From a virus (lineage: Duplodnaviria > Caudoviricetes), in IMG/VR virus record IMGVR_UViG_3300020045_003765, positions 1 through 31,595 of that record: DNA of 31,595 nt. The stretch is one strand, 5' to 3'. Both the position numbers and the translations under genes were made by a program. Shown here one piece after another: positions 1 through 7,296 of the stretch (position 1 is its first letter; every line of letters starts with the position of its first letter). The notes below the pieces were generated by a model. The model saw only the letters and a program-made list of their open reading frames with translations, had not been told where the DNA came from and made no database searches.

Positions 1-52
1 GGCACTCTGGCATCTTCCCGTAATTTAACATCCAATGTTCTTTTGTTTTCAT
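1..52 (-). CDS. Hypothetical protein, 5' part only (runs off the window edge)
   Basis: ATG at 52 overlaps the stop of 49..237 (ATGA); open to position 1 (MKTKEHWMLNYGKMPEC...). Confidence 0.5.
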   Translation of the reverse strand, partial: MKTKEHWMLNYGKMPEC

Positions 53-237
53 TTCCATAGTTCCTCAAGAATCTTCTTCATCTCTGGCAGAGTATTGTAA
101 CGGGGCTTCTCGCTCAAGAGTACCTCAACAAACTTAATTAGCAACTCATTCTGTCCCTGCAAAGCATCAATCCTCTGTTCCAGCTCAGAGATATTCTGGA
201 GTACAGAGTCCTCTAGGGGTTTATTTTCACGCATCAC
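49..237 (-). CDS. Small coiled-coil hypothetical protein
   Basis: 62 aa ORF with a strong SD (AGGAGGAG) upstream; heptad-like sequence. Confidence 0.7.
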   Translation of the reverse strand: MMRENKPLEDSVLQNISELEQRIDALQGQNELLIKFVEVLLSEKPRYNTLPEMKKILEELWK

Positions 238-360
238 TCCTCCTAACGATTTATAGGCGTTTTAAGCCCTTCTGAGCCATCCAAGCTAGGGGTATAGCTG
301 CCCACCTAAATAAACAGCTTCTAGCCCTGTCTAATAGGGCTTCCTGAGCCTCCTAGTTCT

Positions 361-567
361 CTAGGAGAAGCTCTTTTGTACAAGTCCTGCGTTCAACTCA
401 TTCAGCACCACTTGCAATTCCCCCATCCGCTTCAGGTTATCGCTGTAGGAGAAGCTCTTTCGAGGCTTATTACGCTCTGCCTGTACAAGAGAGGAATACT
501 TCACGTATTCCGCCTGTACATAGGCCAATATGATAGTTTCTGCTTGGTAGATATTCTCCGGGGACAT
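361..567 (-). CDS. Hypothetical protein
   Basis: 68 aa ORF, AAGGAG SD, packed in the - strand gene array. Confidence 0.7.
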   Translation of the reverse strand: MSPENIYQAETIILAYVQAEYVKYSSLVQAERNKPRKSFSYSDNLKRMGELQVVLNELNAGLVQKSFS

Positions 568-568
568 T

Positions 569-715
569 TCAATTCTCCTTCATGATTGTTGTATAGAATA
601 CTTCTGCCTCTGCTTGCTCAGGCACAGGGACAATTGTAAGATCCTTCCAAGGCATTTGCAACGTTAGCCAAGAGCCTGAGAGGAAGTGGATGATGAGTTC
701 TAGTAGGTGGGTCAT
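569..715 (-). CDS. Small hypothetical protein (48 aa, below the ORF-track cutoff)
   Basis: MTHLLELIIHFLSGSWLTLQMP...; ATGA overlap with the stop of 712..1494; fills the gap exactly. Confidence 0.55.
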   Translation of the reverse strand: MTHLLELIIHFLSGSWLTLQMPWKDLTIVPVPEQAEAEVFYTTIMKEN

Positions 716-1494
716 TTTAGCAGCCCAAGTTCATCCGCAAGGTATGCTGCCATTGCGTCTCGTCCGTTATCATAGTCATCCCTATGACGTACTCCAGAAT
801 ATTGGGCCTCACAGATTTTTATACAGTCCTGCTTAGTTCGCTCCCGCTCTTCCGCCACAGCCGCGTCGATTGCGGCTCGGAGTTGGTCGCGCTCCTTTCT
901 TACTTCTTCTGCACGCTCGTACTGAAACGCAGACTCACCTCGCGCTTCCTCTAATTGCCCAATGATCCCGTGCAAAGTAGTTGCATTCCCAATACTGGTA
1001 AGTTTCGACTCCAACTCAGCCACCTTAGCCATCGCGACCTGTAGTTGGGTTGCGGGGACGAGTGCCGGGCAGCGCACCAACATAGACGCACCTTCCTCCG
1101 GATATTCAAAGTCTTCAACCAATAGGCCGTGAGAAACATTACCTTCGTCGTCTTCGATAAAACCAACGCGAAGAGTTATGGCTGTCGGCTCGTCTGGGGC
1201 GTCAGCCATAATCATGTCTGCCAGAAACTTCGCTGTCTCTGCGTCAAGGTGCCAAGCCACCGGCTCCACGCTCACCGCCTCAATGGCGTCCCGGACTTCC
1301 TGCCGGGCAGCTTCGAGTGCGGATTCGTCGTAGATGGGCCTGACTTGATAGCCATGATCATCTGTGTGGTTAGGCATGGCGTACGTTGTCTCAGCCCAAG
1401 ACACATTCTCGACACTGCGCCAGTATCCAGACTGGTGGTCATCGCCCATGTAGCGGACTTGCCACGCAATCGGTTTAATCTTCGTATCAATCAT
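712..1494 (-). CDS. Hypothetical mosaic phage protein with repeated PVAW-type motifs (Ea22/EaA-like accessory class)
   Basis: 260 aa; KPIAWQ and EPVAWH motifs plus a coiled-coil C-terminal half. Confidence 0.7.
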   Translation of the reverse strand: MIDTKIKPIAWQVRYMGDDHQSGYWRSVENVSWAETTYAMPNHTDDHGYQVRPIYDESALEAARQEVRDAIEAVSVEPVAWHLDAETAKFLADMIMADAPDEPTAITLRVGFIEDDEGNVSHGLLVEDFEYPEEGASMLVRCPALVPATQLQVAMAKVAELESKLTSIGNATTLHGIIGQLEEARGESAFQYERAEEVRKERDQLRAAIDAAVAEERERTKQDCIKICEAQYSGVRHRDDYDNGRDAMAAYLADELGLLK

Positions 1495-1670
1495 TTCTCT
1501 TCTCCCTCTTTCATATTCAAAATAGTGTCAACAATCCCCAGCCCAACAACGACTGTGGTGCAAGCTACAAGATCGTACGCCCTATCTGGAAGCACCATGT
1601 ACAACACAGCGCAAGCTGTCAAGGCCATGATGTAAAAATAATCAATCTTCAGCTTCCCAATTTTAAGCAT
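1491..1670 (-). CDS. Small membrane protein (59 aa, two hydrophobic segments)
   Basis: MLKIGKLKIDYFYIMALTACAVLYMVLPDRAYDLVACTTVVVGLGIVDTILNMKEGEEK; AGGAG SD; ATGA overlap with the next gene; just downstream of a promoter. Confidence 0.7.
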   Translation of the reverse strand: MLKIGKLKIDYFYIMALTACAVLYMVLPDRAYDLVACTTVVVGLGIVDTILNMKEGEEK

Positions 1671-1702
1671 GATGTTCTCCTATGTGCTGTTGGTATGTGT
1701 GA

Positions 1703-1731
1703 AGATTAGCTCATTGTAAAGTGCTTGTCAA
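1703..1731 (-). promoter_or_regulatory. Sigma70-type promoter
   Basis: TTGACA-17 nt-TAATCT on the - strand, intergenic. Confidence 0.65.
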
Positions 1732-1758
1732 GGATTATTTACATACGAAGATGTATGT

Positions 1759-2124
1759 TTAGCCTCCGTGCAGTGGGCACCTCTTGTTGATGATGTAGAA
1801 GCCTGTGGGATAACGATCTGAGTTGTCAACACTAGGGCACAAACAACGAGGAACATCCCAGAAACGATACATGTTAGGGTTATACTCAAATTTCCACGCG
1901 TGCTGAAGCCTCTGGTCAATGCCTACAAGGTATGAAGCCAAATCCTTCAAGTCTTCGACAGCAGCAGTTTCCATGACACGTTCTGTCTCGTAGCGTTCAA
2001 CGTGCAAGGCCTTAATTATCTCAAGCTGCTCGTCAGAGATACCTTGTCTTGCGACAAGGCGGGGATTGATTGTGGTGAAATGAATCCCGTCAGGGGTAAT
2101 CACTTTGTATTTGCTGTCAGTCAT
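1759..2124 (-). CDS. Conserved-looking phage protein with a Cys/His cluster (possible Zn binding)
   Basis: 121 aa; C-terminal CLCP...DN...CPLHG. Confidence 0.75.
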   Translation of the reverse strand: MTDSKYKVITPDGIHFTTINPRLVARQGISDEQLEIIKALHVERYETERVMETAAVEDLKDLASYLVGIDQRLQHAWKFEYNPNMYRFWDVPRCLCPSVDNSDRYPTGFYIINKRCPLHGG

Positions 2125-2642
2125 TAGTATTCTCCCTTATTAATTCTGCTGTTCAGTTCTTCTAAGCTGATTGGCGTGTAGTTAATCTGCTCGACACAAA
2201 CGCAACAATGTTGTAAAGAACCAACACTTTTCTCGTGCGTATGTCCGTGAATGTTGATACGGAACCTGTCGATACTCTCTCCGTGCAACGGAATGTGCGA
2301 CAAAATCATGTCCCGTGCGGGCATTACATGTACTCCACGAATATCGTAGAAGTAGGGTGTGTAATCTGTCAAGTTGAAAATATCGTGATTGCCTCGCACC
2401 AACACTTTCTTCCCGTTGCAGCGCCCTACAGTCGCAATATCCTTGCGTTTCATGGATACATCTCCGAGGTGATACACCTTATCGAAAGGCTTCACAACCT
2501 TGTTCCAGTTTTCTACCAGAATCTCGTCCATCTCTTCTGATGTGTCGAACGGACGCATCTTTGTTACACCATCTGTACGTAGAAAGTTACAAGAGCCTTG
2601 ATGACCAAAGTGTGTATCACTGATGAAGAAAATATCTGCCAT
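2124..2642 (-). CDS. Calcineurin-like metallophosphoesterase
   Basis: Motifs SDTHFGH, LGD, GNHD, SH, HGHTH; start moved to ATG 2642 (GGAGGAG SD). Confidence 0.92.
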   Translation of the reverse strand: MADIFFISDTHFGHQGSCNFLRTDGVTKMRPFDTSEEMDEILVENWNKVVKPFDKVYHLGDVSMKRKDIATVGRCNGKKVLVRGNHDIFNLTDYTPYFYDIRGVHVMPARDMILSHIPLHGESIDRFRINIHGHTHEKSVGSLQHCCVCVEQINYTPISLEELNSRINKGEY

Positions 2643-2806
2643 TACTCCTCCCACATGTAGCAAATATAGTGCCCAGCGTCCCCGAATCCCGGAGGAACAA
2701 AGTGTCCATAATTGGTCAGCCTACCACAGTTTGGACAAGGCCGCAGTTTAACTATCTTGTTCAGCTCCGCTGTAGTGCGATTCTTATCACGTTGCTTCTT
2801 GTTCAT
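2642..2806 (-). CDS. Small Zn-ribbon-like protein (54 aa)
   Basis: MNKKQRDK...RPCPNCGRLTNYGHFVPPGFGDAGHYICYMWEE; GGAGG SD; TAATG overlap with the phosphoesterase start. Confidence 0.7.
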   Translation of the reverse strand: MNKKQRDKNRTTAELNKIVKLRPCPNCGRLTNYGHFVPPGFGDAGHYICYMWEE

Positions 2807-2938
2807 AGTTCCTCCGTTGCAACAATATAACCTTTAGTTATTTGATCATGCTCCAAGCCACCATTCTTGCATTAGCATGTGTAAGCAAGATGAGAGAGGC
2901 TTCTGCGTATGCTGCTGTGCGTGTGTATTTGATGGATT

Positions 2939-3373
2939 TCATTGCACGAAAGTCTTTTCAACGCGGATCTCGTTCAGCGTTTCAAAATAACCGCTCCAAG
3001 GAACCCAACTCAGCTTGATAGTTTGTCCATCGCTGAAAGTGTGTTCAAACTCATGGCCGCTATTGCCGTCATTGTGTTTTAGGAGCAATTCCTTCAGCAA
3101 TTTAGCGCAGGAATAGTCCTTGAAGACTGCTACAGCTTCCGTATTATTGCGATCTCCACTTCCAAAGCTGTCCCCAGAAGACCACTCAGCCCAGACAACA
3201 AGGCAATCTTCTCCCTCTGCAATATCCAGAGACGAAGAGATGTCTGGATATTTATCTGTTTTAGCAACACAATCAAACCTATTGCTGTAGCTTGAACTCC
3301 ACGGGCCATACTCCTCATCTGATCGCTCGCTGTGAATACAATATGACTCAATCTGTACTTTATATCCAAACAT
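2939..3373 (-). CDS. Hypothetical phage protein
   Basis: Start moved to ATG 3373 (AAGGAG SD); WSSGDSFG motif; follows a promoter. Confidence 0.8.
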   Translation of the reverse strand: MFGYKVQIESYCIHSERSDEEYGPWSSSYSNRFDCVAKTDKYPDISSSLDIAEGEDCLVVWAEWSSGDSFGSGDRNNTEAVAVFKDYSCAKLLKELLLKHNDGNSGHEFEHTFSDGQTIKLSWVPWSGYFETLNEIRVEKTFVQ

Positions 3374-3405
3374 TTGTATCTCCTTTACTTGAGTGTGTAG
3401 CACAC

Positions 3406-3434
3406 ATTATGCTGCATTCTGATTGCTTTGTCAA
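3406..3434 (-). promoter_or_regulatory. Sigma70-type promoter
   Basis: TTGACA-17 nt-CATAAT. Confidence 0.75.
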
Positions 3435-3438
3435 GCAT

Positions 3439-3465
3439 TAAAGCCCCGCCTAGTTAGGCGGGGCT
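3439..3465 (-). terminator. Intrinsic terminator after the ClpP-like gene
   Basis: 10-bp GC-rich stem AGCCCCGCCT/AGGCGGGGCT with a short U tail. Confidence 0.65.
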
Positions 3466-3470
3466 ATTCC

Positions 3471-4298
3471 TTATTTACATTCGCAAGAGCCTGAACAGCC
3501 TTGATCTGGGAGAGCTACGGGCTTCTGCTTACGTTTAGCGGGTTTGCGCTTTGATTTTTGTGCTGCCAGTTCCAGTTGTGTAGCATCGTACGTTTCAACA
3601 GCATCCAACATCATTTCAGTGAATACTTCTGGCGTGATGTCCTGATAAGAAATACCCATCTCCTGAATAACGTCTTCTACAATATCCACACATGCAACTT
3701 TTCTACGGAAACGCTCGCAGAATTCCTGAACATCCATCCAGTGCTCAAATTTCTCATTGTATATCCGGTTGAGTTCAGCGCGTGAGAATAGGCCCGCAGT
3801 GTGGTAATTTCCAAACCGCTCAACCTGACGCTTACTGAATACAGAGTACTCAACGTTGTCCTTCATAGCCCCGTAAGTGCCTCCCGAGGCCGTGTGATAA
3901 AGGATAGAGGTATGCGGCTCTAAGGAGAAAGAGTTTGCAGAAGCCAAAATGATTGCTGCAGCAGAGGCAATAGTCCCAGAGCCTTGTACAAAGATTTCTG
4001 CCTTACATTGCTGCATAGCCTGCATGAGCATCTGGCAAGAATCAATAGAGCCGCCGGGACTATTAATATAAATAGTGACTTCATCCTCGTCTTGTGCAAG
4101 TCCCAGTACATAAACAGCTTGGCGCATCTCTTGAACGTCTTCCAAGCAGTTGTCAATAAAGATGCTGAAGCGATTGATTACTTTTTGAGAGGCCAGCACA
4201 GGGAACTCTGAGGTGCCGAAGCTACCCATTGTGTCGCCCATTCGCGTGATGGACTTATTAGGAGACTTCTTCGTGGTGTTACCGTAGTTAAATTTCAT
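3471..4298 (-). CDS. clpP: ClpP-like serine protease subunit
   Basis: YINSPGGS, GTIASAAAII (catalytic Ser context), ILYH (catalytic His context). Confidence 0.85.
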   Translation of the reverse strand: MKFNYGNTTKKSPNKSITRMGDTMGSFGTSEFPVLASQKVINRFSIFIDNCLEDVQEMRQAVYVLGLAQDEDEVTIYINSPGGSIDSCQMLMQAMQQCKAEIFVQGSGTIASAAAIILASANSFSLEPHTSILYHTASGGTYGAMKDNVEYSVFSKRQVERFGNYHTAGLFSRAELNRIYNEKFEHWMDVQEFCERFRRKVACVDIVEDVIQEMGISYQDITPEVFTEMMLDAVETYDATQLELAAQKSKRKPAKRKQKPVALPDQGCSGSCECK

Positions 4299-4313
4299 GT
4301 AATCTCCTATTTG

Positions 4314-4637
4314 TTATCGTGAAAGAATTCCACCGTGACGGTAAGCATCTCTAAACCCTTTACCAATATCCTCTGCTGTGATCTTGTAGTTGGTATTCTC
4401 CAGATCAATTTTCGTGGAGAGAAAACCTTCCTTATTTTGCTTTAGCGGAATAATTTGCTCCCTCGCACTATCTCCTACGTATACTCCACCCCAGACTGCT
4501 GGAGCTTTAGCAATCCCACCATTTGCATACTCCGCAAGCTTCAGAAACACAAGCATCGTAACAATTTCTTCGTGTGTCCCTTCTACAGAGTGCTCAATGG
4601 CAATGTTGTTTACTAGCTTTGTGATTGTTACTTTCAT
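4314..4637 (-). CDS. Hypothetical protein carrying a tape-measure-like YANGG...EQIIPL motif
   Basis: 107 aa ORF, AAGGAG SD. Confidence 0.75.
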   Translation of the reverse strand: MKVTITKLVNNIAIEHSVEGTHEEIVTMLVFLKLAEYANGGIAKAPAVWGGVYVGDSAREQIIPLKQNKEGFLSTKIDLENTNYKITAEDIGKGFRDAYRHGGILSR

Positions 4638-4647
4638 TAGGGCTCCT

Positions 4648-5487
4648 TTACTTGTGAAAATACATCTTCGTCAACGCCTTCACCATCTTACTGCGCTGCA
4701 CATCTTCAAATGTGAAAGTAACCACACCCATATTTGTAAGAAACTCGTTCATATCCTCTGTATCAAGATACTCAGGCCGTTCCTTCTTAACTTTCTCAAT
4801 GTGCGCAAGAGTTTTAGCTAGGCCCGTTGTTTCTTTAAGATCCACTTGACGCTGATCCCCTGTGAAGCACAACTGAGCATTCTCGCCAACCCGTGTCATC
4901 ATCATTTCAAACTCATCTTCTGTAAGACCTTGTGATTCTTCACAAATTACAAAACAATTTTCAAATGAGGTGCCACGCATGTATTCAACGGCACAGAGTT
5001 CAATCACTTTCTTCTCTAGGCAGTAATTAACAAATGTCTTCCCGAGGAACTTCTCCAAGTGAGTTAAGGTCTGCGCAAGGAATGGAAAAAGTTTCTGGTC
5101 AAGATCTCCTTTTAGCATACCAACAGACTTCCCGCAATGCACATTGGCTCGTACAAGAAAAATCTTCTCCACCTTTTTTGTACGCAGGAGTTCTGAAGCA
5201 TAGTAAGCAGAGATTAGTGATTTCCCAGAACCTGCCACACCCATTCCGAATACAATCTTACGTCCTTCACGAAGATATGCAAGCAACTTCTTCTGATTGT
5301 CACCACGAGGACTGAGCGTAGTCTTTACAGACATGGCAGGGATACCTTCTGCGGATACAAACTTTTCTTTTGGGCTGTGTGGGTCACCATTACTCACTTT
5401 TACAGCACGTGTACGCTTCCGTGGAGCAACAATTCCCAGCTCCGCCAATTCATCGTCTAGCCCTTTAGCACGATTAGCTCTCGACAT
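4648..5487 (-). CDS. phoH: PhoH-like ATPase
   Basis: Walker A GVAGSGKS, YMRGTSF, EESQ, MTRVGEN, TGDQRQVD, RS motifs of the PhoH family. Confidence 0.93.
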   Translation of the reverse strand: MSRANRAKGLDDELAELGIVAPRKRTRAVKVSNGDPHSPKEKFVSAEGIPAMSVKTTLSPRGDNQKKLLAYLREGRKIVFGMGVAGSGKSLISAYYASELLRTKKVEKIFLVRANVHCGKSVGMLKGDLDQKLFPFLAQTLTHLEKFLGKTFVNYCLEKKVIELCAVEYMRGTSFENCFVICEESQGLTEDEFEMMMTRVGENAQLCFTGDQRQVDLKETTGLAKTLAHIEKVKKERPEYLDTEDMNEFLTNMGVVTFTFEDVQRSKMVKALTKMYFHK

Positions 5488-5505
5488 TCGATCTCCTCAG
5501 AAATA

Positions 5506-5520
5506 AAGCCCCGAAGGGCC
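5506..5520 (-). terminator. Possible intrinsic terminator
   Basis: GGCCC-UUCG-GGGC followed by UUUAUUU on the - strand. Confidence 0.5.
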
Positions 5521-5535
5521 TCTTGTTAGCAACAC

Positions 5536-5835
5536 CTACTTTTTATTCACATCACCTGCATAAACTAACAGCGGATTTACAGAAGATTCATCGCAGTACC
5601 ACTTCCCAGCGAACAGAAAAGCCTTTGCTACAGGACAAAGAAAAGCCTGAAATGTAAAAGTTTGTTTGAATGCCGCATGTGTCGTGAGCTTATCGTAGAT
5701 GCCATCTGCAAGGATGATGGCGGAGGTGTTCTCACTCAAATCATACAGCCAACCAATCACATTAGTTGTGCCATAGTCTAAACTATCGTAAAACTCTGGG
5801 CTGGAGAGTTTTGAGATCACTTTGTATGTTTTCAT
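5536..5835 (-). CDS. Hypothetical protein
   Basis: 99 aa; ATGA overlap with the upstream gene. Confidence 0.7.
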   Translation of the reverse strand: MKTYKVISKLSSPEFYDSLDYGTTNVIGWLYDLSENTSAIILADGIYDKLTTHAAFKQTFTFQAFLCPVAKAFLFAGKWYCDESSVNPLLVYAGDVNKK

Positions 5836-6020
5836 ACTTCCTCTCTGTATCTACACTTCGGCCAATTATCTTCCTTAAAGTTCATCGCCATATACTGCTC
5901 AGTTAGCTTAACTGCTTCAGCAACAGCATCTTCTACAGAGTATCCTTCGTAGCACCTTGCGTGATTAACAACATTCACCCATTGGCTATCGAAGAGCCTG
6001 ATCTCGTAGGTGTCTTCCAT
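5832..6020 (-). CDS. Hypothetical protein
   Basis: 62 aa; abuts the stop of 6021..6443. Confidence 0.7.
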   Translation of the reverse strand: MEDTYEIRLFDSQWVNVVNHARCYEGYSVEDAVAEAVKLTEQYMAMNFKEDNWPKCRYREEV

Positions 6021-6443
6021 TTATGCAGCTTTCTTAGGACGCCCTGTTTTCTTAGGCTCCTGCGGAAGTTCATCCACTGCTTTGCCCGCTTGCTCTGGAA
6101 ACTCTTCCATAAGCGCCTTAGTCTCCTCTGAAACCTTCTTCTCAGGGATCTCCCCAAACAGCAGCACTGTACACATAAACAAATGGCCTACAGTGGTTGG
6201 GAAGTATTCACTCTTAGATGAAATCTCATAGCCCTCTTCAAGAGCGTCTGCAAGATCATTGGTGTAGTCCCAGAGCGAAGCTGCTACAATCTGCTTAGTT
6301 TCCAGAAGAGGACGTTTATTCAGCTCTAGCTGACGACGCCCACGAGCCATACGTGCTTGCAGCATCACCTTCTTCTTGGCTGCTGCAGGGGACAATTCTT
6401 CGGTTGCTTCAACTTCGGGAGATACGTTAATTTCTTCTGTCAT
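6021..6443 (-). CDS. Hypothetical acidic protein with a basic C-terminal tail
   Basis: 140 aa; AAAGGA SD; ends KKTGRPKKAA. Confidence 0.8.
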   Translation of the reverse strand: MTEEINVSPEVEATEELSPAAAKKKVMLQARMARGRRQLELNKRPLLETKQIVAASLWDYTNDLADALEEGYEISSKSEYFPTTVGHLFMCTVLLFGEIPEKKVSEETKALMEEFPEQAGKAVDELPQEPKKTGRPKKAA

Positions 6444-6456
6444 TTTGTTCCTTTCG

Positions 6457-6732
6457 TTACATTGTTAATTCAATATTCACACGGATATTTCTTTCTGGCT
6501 GCAACGAAGCTGTACGATTCAAGAACTGTATAGCGACAGTGTGCAACATTTTTATTCCATCCAAGGAACTATCTCCGAAGATGAGCTGGAATCCCTGCAC
6601 TTCTTGTTTGTGTAGCTTAACACCCACTGTGGAGGAGTGATTGTACATTGCATACACACGCCCCAACTCCTTGATTGTGATGGTTGCAACTACTTGGTGA
6701 GTTCCCCATCCGTTGCTTGGTGAAATTTCCAT
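6457..6732 (-). CDS. Hypothetical protein
   Basis: 91 aa; GAAAGGAG SD. Confidence 0.7.
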   Translation of the reverse strand: MEISPSNGWGTHQVVATITIKELGRVYAMYNHSSTVGVKLHKQEVQGFQLIFGDSSLDGIKMLHTVAIQFLNRTASLQPERNIRVNIELTM

Positions 6733-6751
6733 TGTAGGCTCCTTTCGTTAT

Positions 6752-6827
6752 TGGTACAGGATGAGGAAATCGAATCCCCACAATGCGGAGTAGAATTCCG
6801 CTGCACTATCCTTTATGCTAATCCTGC
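6752..6827 (-). tRNA. tRNA-Arg(UCU)
   Basis: Cloverleaf GCAGGAT/ATCCTGT, anticodon stem GCGGA/TCCGC, loop ATTCTAC, TTCGA T-loop, A20 Arg identity element, encoded CCA. Confidence 0.9.
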
Positions 6828-6833
6828 GTTGTT

Positions 6834-6909
6834 TGGTGGGCCGTCAGGGTTATGATCCCTGCCTTCAGACTTATGAGGTCTGTATTCTCGCCGAGTGAAT
6901 TACCGGCCC
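6834..6909 (-). tRNA. tRNA with CAU anticodon (probably Ile2; Met not excluded), atypical T-loop
   Basis: GGGCCG/CGGCCC acceptor with C4:G69 and C5:G68 (TilS determinants), loop CTCATAA, A73, CCA; T-loop ATCATAA. Confidence 0.8.
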
Positions 6910-6914
6910 TGTAT

Positions 6915-7229
6915 TTACACTTCCTCAAGCTTATTAAATCTAATACCAGTAATATCAAACACCTTAATCGAGTCGCCCTCTTCAAAAGCGGCTATCACTT
7001 TATCCTTCACCTTGCCAATGCACCCTACCTTTTTACCTTTAGTCGTATGTAAGATAAGAGTGTTTGCTGAAGTGTCTGCAACACCCTTAAGGATACAGGC
7101 TCGGTCAGTTACTACCAGTACATTGCCCTCCGTATCTTGATACATAGCCACAGGACGGCCTTCATTTTCTTGTGCAACGGAAAGCTGGGAGAACAAAACC
7201 AGTAAAAGGATTGCGATAAGTTTGTGCAT
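6915..7229 (-). CDS. Secreted/periplasmic protein with a signal peptide
   Basis: MHKLIAILLLVLFSQLSVA|QE Sec-type signal; two Cys; own promoter and AAAGGAG SD. Confidence 0.75.
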   Translation of the reverse strand: MHKLIAILLLVLFSQLSVAQENEGRPVAMYQDTEGNVLVVTDRACILKGVADTSANTLILHTTKGKKVGCIGKVKDKVIAAFEEGDSIKVFDITGIRFNKLEEV

Positions 7230-7264
7230 TGGATTACTCCTTTGGTTGGAGAGGCATTAACGGC

Positions 7265-7293
7265 ATTATCTCATATTAATGAGAGAAAGTCAA
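7265..7293 (-). promoter_or_regulatory. Sigma70-type promoter
   Basis: TTGACT-17 nt-GATAAT with an extended -10 TG. Confidence 0.7.
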
Positions 7294-7296
7294 GGG

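Noticed and set aside
1129-1635. 168 aa + strand ORF and other + strand ORFs in the left arm
   Set aside because: Antisense to well-supported - strand genes with SDs and coupled starts and stops.
6752-6827. Possible amber suppressor (CUA within the loop) and TAG recoding
   Set aside because: Stem register places UCU at 34-36 and A20 supports Arg; TAG ends genes normally (361, 27337, 31488) and genes are not fragmented by TAG.
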